A stretch of 37,249 bases of DNA from Catajapyx aquilonaris (lineage: Eukaryota): the NCBI GenBank assembly GCA_000934665.2, contig JYFJ02003817.1, positions 1-37,249 on the forward strand. Direction: 5' to 3'. The notes beneath the pieces were generated by a model. The model saw only the letters and a list, made by a program, of their open reading frames with translations. It ran no database searches and was not told the DNA's origin. This document shows, piece by piece, positions 23,651-35,183 of this stretch (position 1 is its first letter; each line of letters opens with the position of its first letter). The position numbers were made by a program, and so were the translations under genes.

Positions 23651-24800
23651 ATGACATCTAATCAGGACAAGTTGAAGATTCTTCTGTACATCCCGAATTT
23701 AATAGGTCAGTACATACTTGCATAATTATATACATTTGCAAGTTAATGACCGAGCATTAATGATTTATATTTGAGTCAATGTATTAATTAACTTTAATCC
23801 ACGTACATTTTACTGTACAGATTTTTAGCCGCAAAACTATTGATTTATAGAAGTCTTGCTATTGATTGGTACAGTGTTGCCTTCACCCTACACCTGCTAA
23901 ATGGGATTTTAAAAATTTGATATAATTTTGCATTTAATAAATATTTCAGGTTACTTCCGCATATTTCTGCTTCTGCTAGTGACCTTCTGCACACATGTGG
24001 AAGCTATACCAGTGGCCCTATTTATCTACATAATATTTGCACTTCTTGACATGACTGATGGATGGGCAGCAAGAAAATTTAACCAATGTTCAGCCTTTGG
24101 GGCTTGGGTGAGGCACAACAGGTTACAAATAAAAATTATCTAAAATATTGGCTTTATTTGTTTTCCTTTTAGTTAGATGTGGTAGTAGACAACATGGGGA
24201 GGACCCTATTGTGGACTTTAGTGTCACCAGTAAGTAAAGCTTGAGCTTGTGGTTTTAGTAAATCCCTTAGAAAATTATGTGGACTTCAGTGAAACACTTA
24301 AGACCATAAATTATATGCAGTTATCTAACTTTCAGTGGGGCTTTTGGATAGCGTCAGTTGAGTGGTTGACGTTTGTTTGCAACCACAGCTTAGGACCTCA
24401 ATGGAAAAAGCAGGTTGTGAAGGAAAACTTACAGACTCCAAGATTTGTCTCCTTGGTCATGGTCAAAGGTGATGAACTATGAGGTTAATATAAATGTTTT
24501 CTATTAGCAAATTATTTCAGGGTTTAAGACACCCTTGGGTGCCTTAGTAATATCAGGAATTCATGTACTACCCATATGGATGTATGCTATCAAGCAAGAT
24601 ATATTTGAGAGTATTATCTGGATTCCTAATTATGCAGTAGCAGCAGGTAAGATGATTTGCAAATGTTTTTGTGATCTATGGCTGATTTTCAATTATTTTC
24701 AGGAATTGTTGTCCTTCTAATTGGAAGGCTGTTAGGTATGGCATGTGAAATGTGGTGCATTTGGTCACATGTGAAGTATTACCTGTTAGAAGAAAAATAA
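23651..24800 (+). CDS. CDP-alcohol phosphatidyltransferase family protein (phosphatidylinositol-synthase-like, non-canonical), ~208 aa
   Basis: Exons 23651-23705, 23950-24107, 24173-24229, 24336-24468, 24521-24646, 24703-24800 (627 nt). N-terminal YIPNLIGYFR, full signature D-x2-DG-x2-AR-x8-G-x3-D-x3-D (DMTDGWAARKFNQCSAFGAWLDVVVDN), and several hydrophobic segments. Confidence 0.9.
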
Positions 24801-26214
24801 TATGTACACAGTTGTACCATCGTTATGGGGCTGTAAATACATTTGTTATAGAATTTATGATGTGAAAATAAATACTTATGGACACAGACATGTATTTAAT
24901 TTGAAAAATGGCTTCCATACACACTTTTAGTAACCTAGCTGTTTGGAATAATATACAACTATGGCAGATCTGGCATTTATTCGTCTCTTGTACACACCAC
25001 AAAATGGCTATTGCCAGGACATCCTTTGATATTTGTCTTTGAAACATCAAGAGTAAATACACATATACACACATACACAACAGATGCCTGAGATTTAAAA
25101 ATTGCAAAGATCAAGGCTAATTGTACAGTCATTCTTGACCTGCTATTACCATTTAGAGATTTATGGCACTCATGTACAAAAAATCATCAGTATATTACAA
25201 TTCCACACTAAATCATAACATTCACTCAGCATTCAGTTTCACACTTAACTAGTGACATAGATCTGCCAATAAAACACCGGTCAGAACATAGTTACAGATT
25301 ACTGAGAAATATTGCTCCTAAGTTCTATTAGTATTAGTCAAACTCTGGCCAAGACAAGGTACAGTACTTTATCTTTACAACAGGACAAAGCACTAGGTCT
25401 GAATGGGAAGTGAACTGGTTGATTTGGTATTGTGGCAGACAATGCCGTGCAAGACTAGAGCTGACTCAAATGCATGGAAATTGGAAGTGTGCAGATGTGC
25501 ACAGAGAATGTTCAAATCCGAGGTTGAATATTACGACAACAGAGTCATGTACATACGAAAAGGACACTCTGACCATAATACTGACTTACGCTAACATGAC
25601 ACATATGAAGCTACCAACCACATACATGCATAATGATTGCCAACACATTCGTACAATATCTTCGACTAGCGTTAATAAAAAATAAATGTCTATACACACT
25701 AGCTTCACCACACGGAGACAAAATGGCAGCTACAAAATTCAGTTTAAACTACATGACCACTTAAAAATTCAGAGCAGTCATAAAACATGTTTTGAAGGAC
25801 AATGGGTTTGCTTTTCGAGTATCCAGCATAAGTTTTGAAAAGTAAGAAACCATTACATCTCTAATAATACCAGTAAAAAGCAGCAAATCTGCATAATCAT
25901 TTGGTCCTTGCTGCAGAGATCCGCAGCTAAAATTACTTCTAGTAATTTTTGTTAAGTCAAAAGTTAAGACAAGTGCATGTGTGTGTAACATATTCTCAAC
26001 TTGACCAATACAGATGAAGAAATACATAAGAATTGTGCCTGATTTCCACTAGAATCAAATAGGTGGCAAAATCTTATTTCCAGTATACTAGGCATAATTT
26101 ACAGTGAGTCACATGAAAATGGTCAATGTACCAATCATGCAACAGAGCTCAAAAAGACGCCTACAAGACTTCCTCTTTGTATGATGTTTGTTGATGCTCC
26201 TGCCACCTTAATTA

Positions 26215-26281
26215 CAAATCATATCTGCTAACTGGGACATCAAAGTTTTACTTTGATGTCCCAGTTAGCAGATATGATTTG
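26215..26281. repeat. Perfect hairpin: 32-bp stem, 3-nt loop
   Basis: caaatcatatctgctaactgggacatcaaagt - ttt - actttgatgtcccagttagcagatatgatttg, with no mismatches. Confidence 0.95.
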
Positions 26282-26974
26282 ATCATGAAATCCATAAATT
26301 GTATTTGCATAAACTGTGAGCTACCAGTGCGACTACATCTGAAAATATGCCATCCACTTCCTCCTGGAATTGGAAGTTTTGTGATGTCATGACCTATGGC
26401 CTATAGCCAGGAAAAAGTACATGGGATTTCTGGGGTTTTGAAGTCAAGTTGCCAGATGCAACTGCAACATATTCTATACCTATGTAGAAAAAACTTCCCT
26501 GCTTGGCCTCGATATATGACCAATACTGTACTTTTCTCCAGGGTGAGCATAGGGGAGGTGGTGGTGGGAAAATGAGGCAAAACCCACGTGGCCTTGCAGT
26601 CTTTTCGTGGGCTGCCTACACTCTCATATGATCTGCTAGCGAGCAACTTTTTATCCATTCCGGTATCTATTTGCATCCAGGAAGCAGTGTTATTAAAAGT
26701 ATTTTGGCCACACCAAATATGGACGAAAAGTCATCTGCCTATGGATATGAGAATAGGCCATGAGGTTCCTGACTTTTTTTTTACTTATAACCAATTAAGT
26801 ACACCACTATTCTTGGATCACTTGACATATTATTCCCCATGCTAGATTGGCCAACAAGCTGGCTGACCTCATTATTATCAGTCAATATTTTTGATAGCCC
26901 CATAAAAATCACTGCTTCATAATATGCAGTTTGGTACCAAAAATTCTTAATAAGAGCTGATACATGATTTGGTA

Positions 26975-27136
26975 CAGTGTTGGACATTAATCGTGTCGTA
27001 TTGCTAGCAACATTTTCCTAAGCGGCAGAAGAACGAATCTTGCTCGCATGGCTTGCACTATCCATTGCTTCGATTAGTTCTTCTGCCGCTTCGGAAAATG
27101 TCGCTAGCAGTATGACGCGATTATTGTCCAACACTG
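26975..27136. mobile_element. Tc1/mariner-type MITE, 162 bp
   Basis: TA|cagtgttggaca...tgtccaacactg|TA. Arms of about 65 bp pair with few mismatches (for example aagcggcagaagaac / gttcttctgccgctt). Confidence 0.85.
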
Positions 27137-27647
27137 TACACCTGAATGATGTGTCATCTTATGTATGGCATGATAAAATTGCATCCTAGTGAACAACAGT
27201 TACAATCAGTATTCTCAGTACTGTATTTGTATTATGATTGGTGAAAATATTGACTTACACACATTGACAACTCTGTGAGATGGATATTAACTTGTATCTT
27301 CTTCAACGACGACCAAATTATTGTTGCAGTACATGCTATTACATTAGTATAGTCTGTAGATGCAACGGTCTCTTATTAAAAAACACTTGACCAGAAACCC
27401 TGTAATGCTTACTTTACAATAATAAAAATTGAGTTAATATTTACGATATATCCACAGTAGGTCAGTTTCTATACATGGCTGTCATTATGAAGTAATTACC
27501 ATTACTGAAGATAATGAAGCCACAATTTCATGACAAACATGTGTATGAGAGACTCACAAGAAGCACACACTTTCCTAATGACTCACTTGAGATGCACATA
27601 AATTACAAATCTACACACTAGCTTCCTGATGTGTCACATTGTTTTTG

Positions 27648-30600
27648 TCACCAACTTGATTCTGGCTCCTCCTTGGGCTTCTGAATACATAACCTCCACA
27701 TAGCTTCTGATTTAAGATCACCGGATTTCTCTTCCATTGGTTGCTCCTCCTGTAAAAGGAAATGAATGAAATGTTTTTGTGTACCTTATACAGGTGCTTC
27801 AAATATGCAACAAGCATAACTAAAGAACTCAATATAGGTGTGATAAATAGCCCCAAATGAAGTTAACTATCAAAGTTCTTGAGTGTGGTATGGCAATGTT
27901 TTATACTCTCATAACAATTTACTTAAAACACTACATTACTGCAAATGATAAGTAATTCATAACATACATCTTCTCCAAAGGAATGGTTTTTCTCTGAATT
28001 CCTTCCATTTCCCATCAATTTGCTTCCCTTCCTTTTTGCACTCAAGGTGTAGCTCAACTTCCTCTTCTTCTTGCCACAGTAACCTGCATCACTCCCACTA
28101 CCATTGTCACTGTCATTTGACACTGAGTCTTCCGAGTCTGAAGAAAAGTCAAACACCTCTTTCTTGATCTTGTTCTTCTCCACCTTGTCCTTCACTTTGA
28201 CACTACTGACCTGATAATAAAGACAAATTACAGTCGTCAGTGCTGGTAGGGTAGATTATAAAGTCAGCAGTAACTTGGATGATTTTTAAATAAAAAATTC
28301 ACCCAGCAGAATAATACAGCTCAGAAAACCTTCAAGAACCCCAAACACCTCATCGAGGCTGCCATATTTAAGTGTACACAAGCACATTTTGCTCATTTTG
28401 GTCTTTAGGGGGTTATTTTAGTAATCTGATTGGTTGACAAGTACATGGAAAGCTGATTTTAGATTGTCCCTATTGTACGGAAACTTTAGACCAAGACTGC
28501 ACAAGTTTCAGCAATAAGTTAGCATGGTAATCAGTGCCAAAATTCTGTCGCACTCTTGGATAGAGCTAGAATGCCTCTATCGTTCACTTGATGGCAGTGC
28601 TCATTGATGTTACTGCACTTGTTACAAGTCTAAAGATGTGAGCTACCTTCTCCTGAGTGGGCTTTTGAATCACTTCACTCTCTGGCTTAGCACGGCGGGC
28701 CCTATACACCGGGATGAACTTCTCCGCTGTTGATTGCACTCGACGAATGTCAAAATCTTGGTCCACTCTCGTCACTGTCTGAAGCCTAAAACATTTTCAT
28801 AGTGACTTTATATTGCAGTCTGAAACACTTGTCATCAACTTACCTTTGCTGTTCACTAGTGACATACAAATCATCAGGCCTGTGGTACATGTTATGGTTA
28901 TCATATGCCTTCTTATTGTAGAATAATGCATCACACGTGGTACACTTTATTAGCTCCCTATAAATTGAAAAAATAAATAATGCCAATGTTATATGAACTT
29001 TTCACATAAACAATTATGAATTGCATGTTAGAACATCTTACTGTGGCATTGCACTTCTTTCCTCTTCAGGATGTTGCTTCTCTAGATGCTTCTGTAAGTT
29101 GAACTTGACAATGTACTCGAATCCACACAGGTGACAATAATAAACGCTCTGGGCTTCCAATGCATTATTGAGCTTAATCTTCTTGCTTGGAGGTGGAGTT
29201 GCAATGGGCCGAAAAAATGCATGAATCCTGCACCCCAAATCAGTCATCCAGAAAATATGCAAAAAATTATTACAAAATGCCCTTTGAATCACAAAATTTA
29301 TCAATCACCTTTTATGAGTTGACCTGAAGTGATAGTTTTGTGCATCTGCATTGTAAAATACAACGCCACACTCCTGGCATGGAAATAGCTTGCTGGGTGT
29401 GGCACCTGAGTGGGTCAAGAGGTGTTTGTCCCTGTTTATCTGTAAGGTGAAAAATGAAAGTAGATGGGGGAGGAAATAAAGAAATGTTAGAATACAGAAA
29501 ACAGAATTCTTTTCGTAAAATATGGCCAACTCTTCTTATTGGCAAAGAGTGTGCTTTCTAGTATTTGTCATAAAGTATATTATGCCCAATGTATGTCAAT
29601 GTGTAATCATTAAAGGCACCTATTTTTCAGTGAAACTAATGGTGCACTAGAGCGAATTCCACTTGATGTTATATTTTAAATAACTTAATATATACCTCGT
29701 GAACATGGAGGTGCGATAACAACAAATGGATCTGTTGCGGGATCAATTTTGCTGCATATTGCTAGAATTTTAAATATTAATATTATACGAAAAAGTGACA
29801 CTCAATTTTTGCATAATCTGCCCAACTGAGAAATTTAGATTTGCAACTCAAGAATTTGTGAATTTGTATTTTATAAACTGAGCATTTAAAAATCACTGTT
29901 TGAAATTATTTCAAACAATGAGTTTAAATGCTCAGTTTTTCGAGTTCCTTATTGTTTACTAACAATAATTTTACATATAATAAATCATTGGACAATCCTG
30001 TTTTCACAATGTGACAACCCTGAAAAAGGGGTAATGCAATGGGAAATATGTAATTCACGCATTAACAATATTAATTATCAATTTCTGTGGACAATTTTCA
30101 ACTCAAAAAATTTAGAATACACATTCTTGTAATAAATGATGTTAATATTTTTAAATACTTCTATTACCCGTTGTGCCAATTTGGAGTTTGAAGTAGTTCA
30201 ATTAGTCTTCCGATTTAAGAACGGTAGGCAAATACCAATTTTCACTTTTCCATTCCATTATTATTGAAGACAACCTCAAAAAAATTGATTATGATATGAG
30301 CCAAATCTTATTCTGCAACACATCCTTTATGTAAAGTGTGGAAAACCAAACGACGATCTGACGTCATTGTTTCTTACATTATTATTGCTTTTCGCTGACA
30401 CTGTTTACTCATATTGTTCTGTAACGGTATTTCTATGAAAACCTTGATGACGTCAGATCATTGTTTAGTTTTCCGTACTATAGTTTGTTTTGTGAAAGAA
30501 TGCCACGATGTCACTCTCTGTAACAATGAACGACTTGCAGGTTGCCTGGTAACTCATTCCAATGGGAATAGTGGGTGAGGGTCATTCATTGTGAGCGACA

Positions 30601-31131
30601 TCATGGCATTCTTTCACTGAACTAACTTTAGCACAATTCTGCCACAATAACAACACAATACAGTCACTCAAATAATTCATGCTAGCTACCACTGTGCAAA
30701 ATAACAAGCACCTTAAGAGGAAACTGCTTCCCACAGTGCGGACAAAAGTGCTTGATGGCACTGTCCGGATGCTTCTTGAACTTGTGCTGGATGGCCACTG
30801 TGACAGAATCAAATTCAATGCCACAAACATCGCAAATAACTCCCCTTGTGGCAGCTTCTGCCACTCCATTGATCTTTGACTTGGAGGACGAAGAAGGTGA
30901 TGGCAGGTTATCTGTAGATTGACTGGTGGAGATGACTGAAGAGAGCGGTGTTGCGACAACTGACACCGGCGGAGCAGGCAGCGGTATGGTTGTGGAACTG
31001 GGAGGTGGCGGCTTCCTAGGACGTCCCTTACTGTCTATCTCCTTATTAGCATGCTTACGGAAATGATCTTGTAGTGCCTCCTTCGACTCCAAGTTGCTGT
31101 TGCATAGAACACACGTATGTCCACCTGGCAT
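27648..31131 (-). CDS. C2H2 zinc-finger protein with six spaced fingers, ~444 aa
   Basis: Exons 31131-30712, 29439-29309, 29227-29042, 28957-28844, 28785-28647, 28210-27968, 27749-27648 (1335 nt). Fingers CVLC..HFRKH, CDVC..HKFKKH, CPHC..HLLTH, CQEC..HFRSTH, CHLC..HLEKQH, CTTC..HNMYH. Acidic/Ser tract and KKKRK NLS-like motif near the C-terminus. The last two exons are less certain. Confidence 0.88.
29875..29938. repeat. AT-rich imperfect palindrome in the zinc-finger gene intron
   Basis: aaactgagcatttaaa...tgtttgaaat-t-atttcaaaca...tttaaatgctcagttt. Confidence 0.75.
30335..30479. mobile_element. MITE-like element with a CRE palindrome in each arm
   Basis: agtgtggaaaaccaaacgacgatctgacgtcat / atgacgtcagatcattgtttagttttccgtact. 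TGACGTCA at 30359-30366 and 30448-30455. Confidence 0.75.
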
Positions 31132-31334
31132 TATGCTGAGCTGAAAATGTACAGCACATTATCCCTGGGGTGTCCTCATGTCCCGCCAGTGACCCCTCCC
31201 ATAGAGCATTGCCATCTATGGTCCCTCCCCTTCCCAAGAGATGGTGTCCACTTGCCTGCAACAATCTTTCGTTGCCCACGGGCAGCCGGTGCCTGCGGAT
31301 CGTCCTGGCAGGCGGGAAAAAGGGCGTGAGTCAG

Positions 31335-31550
31335 TCGGCCATTTGCGGGTAGGTGAGACTCCTACGAGGCTTCTTCTTTCGGGGGTAGGACTAGTGTTTT
31401 GACAGAAAAGCGAAGTAGGGGGTCAATTTCCAATTCCCGCCGTCAGATGCCGCCCGGACGCGGAAGCCTAAACAATCGCTTGATTCAAAGGGGGCGCCGC
31501 TAGGTGGAGACGGCGGTGGTATAGGGGGCGCTAGGGGGGGGCACCGCCGT
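31335..31550 (-). promoter_or_regulatory. Putative CpG/GC-rich promoter of the zinc-finger gene
   Basis: CAAATGGCCG (YY1-like) at about 31336-31345 and a cluster of AGGGGGCGC/CTAGGTGG motifs at 31485-31545. A 5'-UTR intron acceptor (ttttcag) lies 9 nt before the ATG. Confidence 0.45.
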
Positions 31551-31619
31551 AAGTTCAAGTGGGTTAGACAATAAAAGTGGAGGACTACTAAGGACTATTA
31601 TAAAATAGTTTCAATATGA

Positions 31620-31843
31620 TTATAAGCCAGATCAAACGGCAGCGAGGCAACGGCCTGCTGACGTCACTGTGGTCAGAGGCCACGCCCCCCGTTTTTCCCG
31701 CCAATTTTCGAGTGACTTTTAAACCGCCGATAATTCATCGAGGAATGCAATTTTTCTGCCGAAAAGTGGTGGAATGGTGTTTGTATTGTTGAGCTATTCG
31801 TGTACAAATTATCCAAATCCCAGGTCAAGGCTAGGACCCCATT
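31620..31843 (-). mobile_element. Truncated second copy of the 1666-2200 element
   Basis: The reverse complement reads aatggggtcctagccttgacctgggatttg...ttccaccacttttcggcag...cctcgatgaattatcgg...aattggcgggaaaaa...tggcttata and is collinear with 1667-1929. Confidence 0.8.
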
Positions 31844-32196
31844 AGATAGGCATTTTGAAGCTAAAACTGACACAAAAATTTGCATTGCTTTATTGTACTG
31901 TACACATATGGAGGTACTGCCGGTACATAACAACAGGGTGCAAGACGAAAAATGCAACAAAAAGCAGAATACATTAGGTAGGTGATGCGAGACATTGTGG
32001 CGTAAAATTTTCGTAGCGTCATAAGTAGGGCTGGGATTTGACGAAAGTGAATATTAATAACCCTTTTTTATAGAGCGTTTGTTACAGGTTGCATTAACAT
32101 ATATGTTTACTGAAATTCTGGGAATTACATTAGGTTACAAGTGGCCTGATTATAATGTAACTTAACATTGCGCATATCCGGTATGGGAGGTGACCA

Positions 32197-34162
32197 CTAT
32201 TCATATTCTCTAATGAGAGTCACCAAAATTTTCCGGCGGTTCAACGGTTGGAGAGGTCGATAGTTGTTCTCTAGAAGACGTCTTTCCTCATAGTATTCGT
32301 CGCTGTTTGTGTAGAGGTTGTGAAAAGATTGCATCTGGTGAATGAATAATAAATAAAATTATGATTAGAATCTTGTCCTACTTACTAACATAGTACTGTT
32401 GCATATGTATTACTAGTCAGGCAGTGCGTAGTTGGTTTTTCATAAATTATTGGCTGATTGGCATGGGTATTTCACATAATCAAATTCTTGGAATGCTTTT
32501 TTTTAAATGCGCTGTCAGCCAATATATGACGTCGTAAGGATGTGTTTACATAGGTCATACCACAACAAACATGACATCATCAATCTAAAATGGCTTCAGT
32601 ATAGACCTAATTTAGGACACTTGGCTCATACCTGGTCATAACTCAATGTTCCATGATGTTGAAATATAATCCAAGTGACACCATGGCTGCATGGAGGTGT
32701 TGTCAGTGATCCTCTGTAGGTGTAATACGTCTGTTTATTGCTTGGCAGAAGAAGACCCAGAAAGAGTGGTTCTACACTAGTGGTTCTTCTTTCAGGTTCC
32801 GTGATATGAGAAAGTGCTTTTAACACTGGAATGTAGGCTTCGTTGTCTGTATGCCGCAACTGTAATGTACATCCTCATTAGTGAACATACTATGGACAAA
32901 GAGATCCTGAAAGTCTAACACATGAACCTTGAAGAGGATTCCAATCACAACAATGCCATCTGGCTTCCCCTGAGCAGCTTCAAACGAGCTGTACTTCTCG
33001 TTGTAATGCACAAAATGCGCCTCAAGTGGAAACCTGTAAATGTTTACTCATTAGTGTAAAGCCTATGCATTGTTTAAAAAAAGCAAAAAAAGAAGTTAAG
33101 ATCATACTTTTTGCCATTTATTGCATGTTCGGATCCAGGTCCTTTCCTTGAACCCCAGTGAAAATGAGCTTGATGAAAGATAAATCTGCCTCTGAAAGGT
33201 CCGTTGATGATCTCCGGATGGTATCGCTGAGACCACTGGCCAGTCAGGGTCACTACGAAAAAAAATGTTACATCCGTGACACATGGAGAGGCAGGTATTT
33301 GATAGAGAGCTATTGTGAAGCAGGTACCAGTGCGTCCATCGTTGGCAAGGGTCCATGTTGAAGGGGATGCTCTGTAATTTCTCATCTTCAGTCGAGGCAA
33401 CGGCCTGGCGTAAATATCATAGTCGGTAATATCAATGGGTGACTGCTCGTCGCCAATGCAGGTAGGAAATGACTTCCACCAGGTAGGAGGACCTGTATGA
33501 GTGTTTTTTTTGCTACAATCTAGGTGAAAGTTCAAACAATGTGGAGCCAAATATTGTTGCATCATTTGTTCACTTTTACTTGGTCTTTGTTAGGCTATAT
33601 GGTGGAAAGAAAACTTTCATATAGGGATGTTACATGAGATTTACTGTGGAGTAAATGTCAACTTATACTTTCGAGAATTTTTTACTCCTAAATTTTTTAA
33701 ATAACCATACCGAAGAGATGATGCAACTATGTACTGTAGCATACCAAAAAATGCAATTAATAGTGGTGCTGAAAGTGATATTTTTTTAAAGTTCAAAGAA
33801 TAGGAACTTACCGTTAAAAGGTCCGTATCCCCATGATTCAGACTCATCACTGTCACCATATTCCTCATCTATGTGCCTATGACTGTGACCGTGACCGAAA
33901 GTGTTCATAGAGTTGGAAATTCCTAAAATAAGAATCACAAATCACAGCAGAGATCAAACAAAGAAGGGATCAACAATGCAGCACTTACCATCATAAAAAT
34001 CCTCCAATGATGTCGATTGAACTGAAAGTCAGCATTACAGACCATACATTATGTAGATAATTGTCTGCGAAGTTGTATAGTAAATGTAAAATAATTTACT
34101 GTACCTGAACTTAGAGTCACTACAGTGACAAGGTACAGGACTCCCAATAAGTGAGATCTCAT
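32197..34162 (-). CDS. Alpha-carbonic anhydrase, secreted type, ~327 aa
   Basis: Exons 34162-34105, 34021-33989, 33922-33812, 33492-33328, 33252-33108, 33033-32928, 32859-32632, 32334-32197 (984 nt). Signal peptide, WGY, QSPIDI, QAHFHWG, GSEH, LEAHFVH, YRGSLTTPPC, NYRPLQPLN. All three Zn-binding His are present. Confidence 0.93.
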
Positions 34163-35183
34163 TGTGTAGTAATAACCTTACTAATGGAGATCCCGCACCT
34201 GAATGTGTAATCGCATTCCTATAAGGATTTCCGTTATTTCAATCGCAATAGGTTAACCACTTCCCAATTAAAGTTATGTTGTAACCACATCCATGTTGAA
34301 ACTAATCACGTCTTTAGCTACTGTGATGCTACATGTGACAAAACAAATAGCTGACCACAAGTTTGTGCGGTACATCTTCCACTTAATCGCACTTCTGAGA
34401 AAGAAGATATTGTCGAGGACACTGCCCGAATATGGGTGGTACCATGCACTCACCCCCAAATAATAAGCCATATTCATCCATGATACAACCATGGGAGGAA
34501 GATTTATTGAAGCTTTTAAAGCTCTTACGCGGATCAATAAGTTATCCCCACATTCGTGGGGTTGAACATCACAACTACAATATTAGAGGGACATGCCTAC
34601 ACTCTGTACATGTTACTACTAAAATAACGATTAGTATATAAACAGGTGCCGTCATTACAATATTATGTGATATGGCCACAGCTATACAATAACTACATTG
34701 TTATGTGTCAATATGTACCAATTGCCAATACATTACAAAGCGGAAATATAGGTATTGTGACACATACAACGAGATACGACAGCAAATGCAAATATTTAGA
34801 TTTTATAATAATAGTCATTGTTGCGTTTTTTTTAAAACCAAATTTTACACAGTTTGGACAAACATCAACTATTTTAGTCACGGCAACAATGACATGTCAT
34901 TATATGTGATCGCACCTTTTCGGGGGAAATTCCGTGAATTTGTTCTTCTTTTTGTGATTGCACTTTGGCCTTCAAGTGCTAAAAAACATCCCCGTCAAAA
35001 TTTCCCCAAGCAATTTCACACCCTCTGCCTTTTTCTTTGAACCTAACACTGGAACACACCAATCTCTTCAGACGAGCAAAAATAAATTAAAAAATACTGT
35101 ATCTGACTCCTTTTTTTTTTTTAAACCTACAGCATAACTAACCAGTGCGCACTATTTGTACCAATCACTGGATCCATGTTACG

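Noticed and set aside
34250..35040. AT-rich spacer between the CA genes with short ORFs and a short ggggaaatt/aatttcccc inverted repeat
   Set aside because: No coding signal or definable element ends. It may be a decayed repeat but I cannot support that.
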